From a virus: a DNA stretch of 21,020 nt. Location of the stretch: the IMG/VR virus record IMGVR_UViG_3300025352_000014. One strand, written 5' to 3'. This document shows positions 14,982 through 21,020 of the stretch, piece by piece. How positions within the stretch are numbered: the first letter of the stretch is position 1; every line of letters begins with the position of its first letter. The position numbers were made by a program, and so were the translations under genes. The notes under the pieces were generated by a model. That model ran no database searches, was not told the DNA's origin, and saw only the letters and a list, made by a program, of their open reading frames with translations.

Positions 14982-15631
14982 TTAGAAGTCTTCGAGTGTC
15001 GCGTAGCGGAGTGAAGGCACTGAATCTGACGCGCCAGAGAAACGGACGGCAATAAGTCCGTATTCGTCTGCGTGGAGGTTCTCTTTTGTCCGGCTGGCAG
15101 CTTGGCGTGCCGTCGAGTTGCCTTTTTGACTGCGCGTAGGATGTTCTTCCCGCCGCGCCAGTTGGGGTTGTCCTGCCCAGTCGCGCCAGCCATCCCGTTC
15201 TCCTCGCGGGCCGGAGCCCCGAGCGCGGCGGCCTCCCGTGCGACCTCGGCGTGGTCGTCGGGGTTCTCGGAGACCCACTGGCCGAGAAAGCCGCCGTCTC
15301 CGTACTTCTCTCGAACCTCGTCGCGTGCCGACTCGGTCAGTTCCCGGCGTTCCTCTTCGGTCATCTGTTCGTACTTCAGTTGCTCCGCTTCCGACTGCCC
15401 CCGGCGCGAGATGCCGCAGGACTTCAGAGCGCCCTTCACGGCCGGGCGGGTGACGCCGAGTTCCTCGGCCACGGCGTTCTCTGACATGGTGGCGTAGAGG
15501 TCGGCCAACGTCTCGCACCCGACGGCGTCGGCGAGCGCGTTGCCGGAGTGGTCGCTGCTGAGGTTGTAGTGGTTCGCGTACCCCCGGAACGAGTCGAACT
15601 CGTCGCCGCAGGTGGGGCACTTCCAAGCCAT
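14982..15631 (-). pseudogene. Degenerate HNH homing-endonuclease-like gene: C2H2 finger, HTH and NPNWRGG motif retained, nuclease core missing
   Basis: MAWKCPTCGDEF...NHYNLSSDH zinc finger; MSENAVAEELGVTRPAVKGALKSCGI HTH; GQDNPNWRGG. No CxxC...HH...N...CxxCH core in any minus-strand frame afterwards. Two apparent +1 shifts near 15121 and 15094. Confidence 0.62.
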
Positions 15632-15649
15632 ACCAGTATAACACACCGG

Positions 15650-15665
15650 CAGGGTAAAGAGCTTG
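15650..15665 (-). promoter_or_regulatory. Candidate leaderless haloarchaeal promoter for the HNH-like gene
   Basis: CAAGCTCTTTACCCT places TTTA 24-27 nt upstream of ATG 15631, in an AT-rich 36-bp gap. Confidence 0.4.
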
Positions 15666-15667
15666 TG

Positions 15668-16594
15668 TCATGTGATTACAGGCAAAATCGAGCATCTGCA
15701 GTTCGGGTGAGCTGGCGGACGGATCGGATACTCGCCGGCAAGGTAATCCGGGTCGTTCGAGCCCGGTTCGAACTCGAACGTGCCCGACCGCATCTCGTCG
15801 ATCGTGTACTCACGACCATCGAGCGCCGAGCAAATCGGGCAGACGTCATCGTCGTCGGCGTCCGCCCACTCGCCGTGACGGACGGTGTCGGCGCCGGCGC
15901 GCTCGTACCGGTCGAGGGTTGCCTCCGAGTGCGAGTTGATGACCTCGGTCCGCGCGAGGGTATTCAGCCGAGAACGCTTCAGCGACTCGAGTTCTTCATC
16001 GAGGCGCCGTGCCATCGTCCGCGGGTTCTCGCCCGCTTCAAGGCCATCGGCGAGACCTTCGCGCACCGTTTGCGCCATCGCCTCCGTGATGTCCTCGAGG
16101 TTCGAGAACGCGCGCCGGTAGAGATCTCGGAGTTGGCGCTGCGGGACCGGGAGCTGGATGATCGTCTCGATGTCTTGCGTCTCGACATCGACACCTTCCT
16201 GCTGGAGACGTCCGGTGGCCTGCTGCCACGCTCGGAGATAGCCCGTCCGAAGGAACTCGCCCGTCCAGTGCTCACCAGCCTCGATCTCCTCCAGCGGGAC
16301 CGGGTCCAGAACCTCATCCTCGAGGACTGTCCGGAACCACTCCATGAACCGGTCGGTGAGGTCGTCTGAAGAGACCTGCGGGAAGTTCTCGCGTTCCTCT
16401 GCAAGCGCACCTTCTTCTTGGCGTTCGGCGAGGTGGAGTGCATCGTTCTCTGCGACGGTCGCCTCGACGAGGTCGCGGACAGTCGCCGAGCGCTCGGCGA
16501 CGGCCTCGAGGAACCGCTCCTCGATTTCCTCGGTCCCTGACGGCTGCTCCAGTGCAGCCGTCGACGCCGTCTGGCCGCAACAGCCGACGGACAT
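15668..16594 (-). CDS. Minor head protein, SPP1 gp7 / Mu gpF (MuF) family
   Basis: RLNTLARTEVINSH, DDDVCPICSALDG and PPAHPNCRC signature motifs. Confidence 0.95.
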   Translation of the reverse strand: MSVGCCGQTASTAALEQPSGTEEIEERFLEAVAERSATVRDLVEATVAENDALHLAERQEEGALAEERENFPQVSSDDLTDRFMEWFRTVLEDEVLDPVPLEEIEAGEHWTGEFLRTGYLRAWQQATGRLQQEGVDVETQDIETIIQLPVPQRQLRDLYRRAFSNLEDITEAMAQTVREGLADGLEAGENPRTMARRLDEELESLKRSRLNTLARTEVINSHSEATLDRYERAGADTVRHGEWADADDDDVCPICSALDGREYTIDEMRSGTFEFEPGSNDPDYLAGEYPIRPPAHPNCRCSILPVIT

Positions 16595-18619
16595 CTATCG
16601 CCACCCAGTCGTCTGGAGGATCTCGTCTTTGAACGCTGCACACACTCCGGCGTCACCGATCTCCTTCATGCAGCCCGTGAACGACGCCTCCATCGACGTC
16701 CACGCGTCCAGAGCGATGAGTCGCGCCGGGACATCGGCGTCCTCCCAAGAGTCGGGCCAGGAGTCGAAGCCGACGTCGAGCAGCGCCTCTGCCTCGTCCG
16801 CATCGAACGGGTCGGCGAGCGCTGCGTAGTCGCCGGCGAGGGCAGCTTCCTCGAGATCGTCCGGGCCACCGGTGCCGATGTCCGTAGTCCAGTCCTCTGC
16901 CTCGAGATCATCACTCTCGTAGACATCAGCGCCTTCCTCGGTCGCAACGACGTAGAGTGTGCCATCGGGCTGGTAGCTCTCGCCGGCGAACTCGAACTCG
17001 TCCTCGTGGGCGTCGACGATCACGCCGCGTCCGTCTGGCGTCGTGACCGGATCGGTCTCAGCGAGCCCTGCAAGTTCGGCGCCGTAGAGGTCGACGAACG
17101 TCTCTCGGACGCGAGGGTCGGCCTCGTCGAGCGCTGTCAGATCGGCCTCCGTCTCCTCGCCGAGGATCTCGTCGGCATCCATGTCCAGGAGTGTCCCGAC
17201 GATCTCGCGTGGCGGGAGGATCGCCTCGGCGCCGCCGCGTGCCCCGGCCGCTTCCGAGAGGCCCGTCATGAGCGTGCTGAACGCCTCGGGGTCGAACTCC
17301 TCATCACGGAGTGGCGACGATGCTTCCTCCGGCCGGAGTCGAAGCTTCGGCGTGACGTCCAGCTGCTTGTCGGAGTGGGCGTCACCGTAGAGGAAATCCT
17401 TGGCCTTGAGCCGGAGTATCGTCTCGAAGTCAGACTCGAGGCGCCGGCGCTCGCGTTTGACGTCCTCGCGGTAGTCGGCCCGCTGCTCGGACGTGACATC
17501 GCGGTTGATGTCACCCGCAAACCCGACGCGGTAGAGCGGAGTCGGCATCGCCGACAGGACGAACTCGATCTCCTGCTGAACCTGCTTGACCGCATCGGGA
17601 ACCGAACCTTCGAGTTCGATGATGTCGGTCGGTACGTTCGTTCCCGAGACCGTTTCGGGGTTGTTGATGTCGAGATCGTCGCGGAGCTTCTTGGCGACCT
17701 CCTCGTCGTTCGTCTCGACCTTCGCGATGATGTTCGCGAACGCCGTGTTGAGGATCGCCTGGTCGATGTGCTCGAGCTTGTTGTAGACTGCTTGGGCCCG
17801 ATCAACAACTGGGGCGGAGTCAGGGCGACCAAACAGTTCGCCAGTGTCGGCGTCGTACGGCGAGACCGTGACGTCGTCAAGGGCGAACGGAATCTCGTCA
17901 CGCTCATCGGCGCCGTAGACGTCATCGAACTGGGCGAGTGCAGCGGTCTTGCCAGCTGGTGTTGTGGGTGCTGTGTCTCGGCCGGTGTTCGAGAGGTCCT
18001 GGATTGCAACGGAGTCGAACTCGTTGGGACTATCGTCAGGCCGAAGGACGATCCCCTTCCCCTCTCGAGTGTAGGCCGTCATCGTCTCGGCCTTGATCGG
18101 GCGGAGTGCGAGGATCCGTTCTCGTTTTCGAGGGTCGTCGTACGCGTGCTCGATGATCGCCGTCCCGCGCCGGCCACGGCGGTCCTTGATGAACGCCTCG
18201 AGCAGGTCGGAGATGTCCGCGTCGAAGTCCCAGCCGTCGACGTAGCAGTTGGCGAGCCACAGCTCCAGCGCCACATCGAGATCCTGCCCGCGGTAGGCTT
18301 CGTCCGGGTAGTCGGTCGGGACTGAAGGAACGTCCGAGTCCTCCGACCCAGTGTCGACCGCGACCGAGGCGCCGGGCTCGGTGACGTCGCTCGCGAAGTT
18401 CTGGATCGGGACGCGGATCAGCGGGTTCTCGCGGTAGGTATCCCGCCACTCCTTGATGTCTTCGCGGTCCGGTTCGTCTGTATGCTCGCGCCGGCCGATG
18501 ACGATCGGACGTTCGTCTCGAGCCTGGGGGCTCGGATCGCCGTCCTGTGATGGCGCGAGCAGTGCCCGCGCCGCAGCGCCGACACGGCCTCGAATCGTCT
18601 TTGATGTGTCTTCTGGCAT
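16595..18619 (-). CDS. Portal protein with about 195-aa C-terminal extension
   Basis: 674 aa between terminase and MuF. Portal-like segments: YRENPLIRVPIQNFASDV, RGTAIIE, ALRPIKAETM, EIEFVLSAMPTPLYRVG. Confidence 0.87.
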   Translation of the reverse strand: MPEDTSKTIRGRVGAAARALLAPSQDGDPSPQARDERPIVIGRREHTDEPDREDIKEWRDTYRENPLIRVPIQNFASDVTEPGASVAVDTGSEDSDVPSVPTDYPDEAYRGQDLDVALELWLANCYVDGWDFDADISDLLEAFIKDRRGRRGTAIIEHAYDDPRKRERILALRPIKAETMTAYTREGKGIVLRPDDSPNEFDSVAIQDLSNTGRDTAPTTPAGKTAALAQFDDVYGADERDEIPFALDDVTVSPYDADTGELFGRPDSAPVVDRAQAVYNKLEHIDQAILNTAFANIIAKVETNDEEVAKKLRDDLDINNPETVSGTNVPTDIIELEGSVPDAVKQVQQEIEFVLSAMPTPLYRVGFAGDINRDVTSEQRADYREDVKRERRRLESDFETILRLKAKDFLYGDAHSDKQLDVTPKLRLRPEEASSPLRDEEFDPEAFSTLMTGLSEAAGARGGAEAILPPREIVGTLLDMDADEILGEETEADLTALDEADPRVRETFVDLYGAELAGLAETDPVTTPDGRGVIVDAHEDEFEFAGESYQPDGTLYVVATEEGADVYESDDLEAEDWTTDIGTGGPDDLEEAALAGDYAALADPFDADEAEALLDVGFDSWPDSWEDADVPARLIALDAWTSMEASFTGCMKEIGDAGVCAAFKDEILQTTGWR

Positions 18620-18624
18620 ATGTG

Positions 18625-20274
18625 TTAGAACACCACTGCGTTATCTGCGCTGAAGCCGTCCGGCGTACACTCGGCAGCCCAGACGGCCATCATCGCAGCA
18701 TCGAGCATGTCCGGCGACCGGCCGAGACGCTCTTTGACTGCGTCTTTCGAGTTGACCGTCACGACCTCGGCGCCGTTCTTCCCGCGGTTGTCGAGCGTCC
18801 GAGTGCTGAACTCGATGCTTCGAGCGCCAGCCACCAGCTCCTCTCGGAGGTCGCCGTCGCCGTAGGTGAGGTCGTCCGAAAGCTTTCGGCCAACTGCAGC
18901 GAGCGCCTCGGCGCGCTGGCTCTTGTAGTTGACCAGCCCGAACGGGTTCTCGTCGCCAGTACCGTCCGTCAACGGCTTCTTGTCGGATCCAAACCGGTAG
19001 AGATCCGGGAGGCGGTCGTCCAGGTAGTCTGCCAGCCCGGATCCCTCGCCGACGGCGTCAATGGCGACCGGGTGGTGACGATCGCCGCCGAGGCGAGAGT
19101 CGGCCATGAGCTCATTTTCCTGCGTCGGATAGTCGGTCCCTCGAGTGGTGTACCGAACCGTCCAGTGGCCGGTCGACCACAGCGTGACGAGGACGGTACG
19201 ATCACTCGAGCGGGCGACGTCGATCCCACTGCCAATCGGATATCCGCGTCCGGCGCTGATCGTCGGGTCGTGTGCGCCTTTCGCGGCATCTGCGTCGTAC
19301 GGACGATGCGTGCTAGCCGTATCCGTCGGGACGATCCCGCAGCGCCGGCGGTACCACAGCGAGTGGAGATCCGTGCGGAACTCGTCGTTCGGAAGTTCAC
19401 TGAGGTCCGAGGGCAGGACAGCGCTCCTGTCCTCAGGGTCAGCGCCGAGCCACGGGTCTGACCAGCGGATCGCCTGCTCGAGACCGGGCCAGGGTTCGTC
19501 GTGATACTCTCGCCAGTCCTTCTTGAGCTTATACGTCGTTGCCAGTCCGCCGATCTCCTCACCCTCCTCGAGACCTCGCTCAAGGCGGACGTTGTGACAG
19601 TCCCACGTTGGGAACTGCAAGTGGTGCCACTCATCGTTCTCAATCAGCTGGTGGACGATGTTGGCGCTGTTGTCCGGCGGGTTCGAGATGACGAGAATTC
19701 GGTCGTCGGCGTCGGTTCCAGTCGACCGGACAGCCTCAATGTGGTCGCCCGTGACGCCCGGCTTGTCGGCCTCTTCGATTATGTAGATGACGTGGTCGTT
19801 GTGCGGGCCCTGAAGATCGTCCGGGTACCTCGGGCTAACGCACTCGAAGAACCACTCGTCATCGAGGCCAGTCCGGATCTCGCGGTCGCCGTCCATCGTC
19901 CGGCCGCCGAACATCGCCGGGAGCGGACTGTCGCGGTACAGCGACCGTGCGGGCTTCCAGATATTCGTCTTCAGCGTTCCCGATGTCCCAGCAGTGACGT
20001 TGACGATCGTGTCCGGGTTGCAGTGTAGCGCGGCGATACCGCCCGCTGCTGCGATGTAAGACTTCCCGACGCCGTTCGCCGCCGAGACAACGACTTGGTC
20101 ATGCTCGTGGAGCGCTGCGAGGATGCGGTCTTGGACGTACGTCCGCTGGAGATCGAGCAGCTCCTCGATGAACCGAGCGTAGCGATCCGGGCCCGTCGAC
20201 GGTGCATATTGCGCCATGACCTCCCGGATCGTGTCGACGTCGACGTCACCGTCGGAGTTGCTGGTCGTGCTCAT
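18625..20274 (-). CDS. terL: Terminase large subunit
   Basis: Walker A VSAANGVGKS, Walker B YIIEEAD, coupling motif VISNPP, nuclease motifs GIDVARSSDRTV and RSPDMLDAAMM. Confidence 0.96.
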   Translation of the reverse strand: MSTTSNSDGDVDVDTIREVMAQYAPSTGPDRYARFIEELLDLQRTYVQDRILAALHEHDQVVVSAANGVGKSYIAAAGGIAALHCNPDTIVNVTAGTSGTLKTNIWKPARSLYRDSPLPAMFGGRTMDGDREIRTGLDDEWFFECVSPRYPDDLQGPHNDHVIYIIEEADKPGVTGDHIEAVRSTGTDADDRILVISNPPDNSANIVHQLIENDEWHHLQFPTWDCHNVRLERGLEEGEEIGGLATTYKLKKDWREYHDEPWPGLEQAIRWSDPWLGADPEDRSAVLPSDLSELPNDEFRTDLHSLWYRRRCGIVPTDTASTHRPYDADAAKGAHDPTISAGRGYPIGSGIDVARSSDRTVLVTLWSTGHWTVRYTTRGTDYPTQENELMADSRLGGDRHHPVAIDAVGEGSGLADYLDDRLPDLYRFGSDKKPLTDGTGDENPFGLVNYKSQRAEALAAVGRKLSDDLTYGDGDLREELVAGARSIEFSTRTLDNRGKNGAEVVTVNSKDAVKERLGRSPDMLDAAMMAVWAAECTPDGFSADNAVVF

Positions 20275-20987
20275 TTGAGGACCTCACGGAGTGCGTCAGC
20301 GACGTCTTGCTGCGAGTCGGCCAGTTGGGAGTCTGGATCCTCGAGGAGGCCGAGGTCTTTGAGCCACTGTCTGCGGTCACTCGAGAGGCGTTTCTGGGCG
20401 GTGAGGACGACCGATTCCTTGTACTGCTCGACGACAACCGACCCGTCCTCGGGGTTGAAGTCGCGTTCCGTTTCGCGGTCGACCAGCGGGTTTCCAGACT
20501 GGAGCGACTCCGGCTTCTGGGTCGCCCACCGATCGAGGACGACGTCCTTGACGTGCGAGACCGAAAGACGGAACAACTCCATCTCGAGGCCGACCGGCAC
20601 CGTTTCGCCGTGGCGATCCGCGTAGCGGTCAGTGTAGTCCTCGAAGATGTCGTCGACGAGGTCGCGGAGATCGTCGCCGAGGACGTCCTGGTAGAACGTG
20701 TTCTCGTCAGCGTACGCGCCGTGGGTGACCGCTCGAGTGTTGCCCTCTTCGGCGCCGTCACCGCCCTCGTTCCCCTCGGCGTTCGAGTTGCCTTCTGGGG
20801 CCCCGGAGTCTTCAGACCCGCCGTGGGTTGAGCACTTCCCGTGCGGGCCCTGGGCGTAGCCACGGCAGCGCTCGCCGGTCGATTTGGCGGTGGCGATGCA
20901 CTGCCCCCACTCGCCGTAGCGGCGCTCTCCGGTGATCTCCTTGGCTCTTTCGTGGGCTTCTGGATGAAACTCGTCTGGTGCTCCCAT
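20271..20987 (-). CDS. terS: Terminase small subunit with N-terminal C-C-C-H (HGGxSTG-like) motif
   Basis: CIATAKSTGERCRGYAQGPHGKCSTHGG followed by GAPEGNSNA...GNTRAVTHGAY; ATGA overlap with terL. Confidence 0.85.
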   Translation of the reverse strand: MGAPDEFHPEAHERAKEITGERRYGEWGQCIATAKSTGERCRGYAQGPHGKCSTHGGSEDSGAPEGNSNAEGNEGGDGAEEGNTRAVTHGAYADENTFYQDVLGDDLRDLVDDIFEDYTDRYADRHGETVPVGLEMELFRLSVSHVKDVVLDRWATQKPESLQSGNPLVDRETERDFNPEDGSVVVEQYKESVVLTAQKRLSSDRRQWLKDLGLLEDPDSQLADSQQDVADALREVLK

Positions 20988-21020
20988 GAGGTTGAGTTTG
21001 TTTTAACAATCGACCGATCA

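Larger units (their letters stand above)
1..21020 (-). mobile_element. Structural (packaging-head-neck-tail-baseplate-fibre) module of a haloarchaeal myovirus or provirus; both ends extend beyond the window
   Basis: About 23 tightly packed co-oriented genes in canonical tailed-virus order, with recognisable terminase, MuF, capsid, sheath, tape measure and baseplate-J motifs. Proteins are strongly D/E-rich. Confidence 0.96.

Noticed and set aside
13091-15646. Treating the 851-aa ORF as one ordinary protein
   Set aside because: Composition break at residues about 176-244, a better-looking shifted frame ending at 14982, a hairpin, and a separate start at 14914 argue for two genetic units. Kept as a finding instead.
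14982-15695. 237-aa track ORF as an independent gene
   Set aside because: Most of it is an R/G-rich off-frame reading; only the last about 38 codons look like the old C-terminus of the HNH-like gene.
18625-20274. Intein or intron in terL or other head genes
   Set aside because: No C/S...HN-C/S/T splice motifs or LAGLIDADG blocks seen; lengths are compatible with uninterrupted proteins.
20995-21012. TTAAAA as TATA box for terS
   Set aside because: It lies only 14-19 nt upstream of the ATG, too close for a leaderless promoter, and the upstream context is cut off by the window edge.
1-21020. tRNA, rRNA, integrase, att sites or IS elements
   Set aside because: Nothing recognisable; intergenic gaps are all under about 70 bp.

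Overview
The whole window is the virion morphogenesis operon of a haloarchaeal head-tailed virus or provirus with a contractile tail (myovirus). All real genes are on the minus strand and read right to left: terminase small and large subunits, portal, MuF/SPP1-gp7 minor head protein, a decayed HNH-type gene, prohead protease-scaffold, head decoration protein, HK97-fold major capsid protein, neck proteins, sheath, tube, tail chaperone, tape measure, Mu/P2-like baseplate, and tail-fibre genes running off the left edge. The host assignment to Halobacteria rests on very acidic proteins, high GC3, GGAGGTGA ribosome-binding sites and near-absence of CTAG. No integrase or att site lies in the window, so provirus versus free virus is unresolved. 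Product calls come from motif recognition and synteny only; no database search was run. The most notable points are: (1) accessory domains appended to the portal and protease, separated by recurring A-A-L linkers that may be maturation cleavage sites; (2) a +1 frameshift site (TTT-CGC) giving an extended tail chaperone missing from the ORF track; (3) the 851-aa ORF is really a nuclease-less HNH remnant running in frame into the protease, which also holds a probable nested scaffold start; (4) 30-bp MDAV repeats in the tail-fibre gene, suggesting a phiCh1-type invertible fibre locus just outside the window; (5) a codon-usage shift inside the capsid gene.
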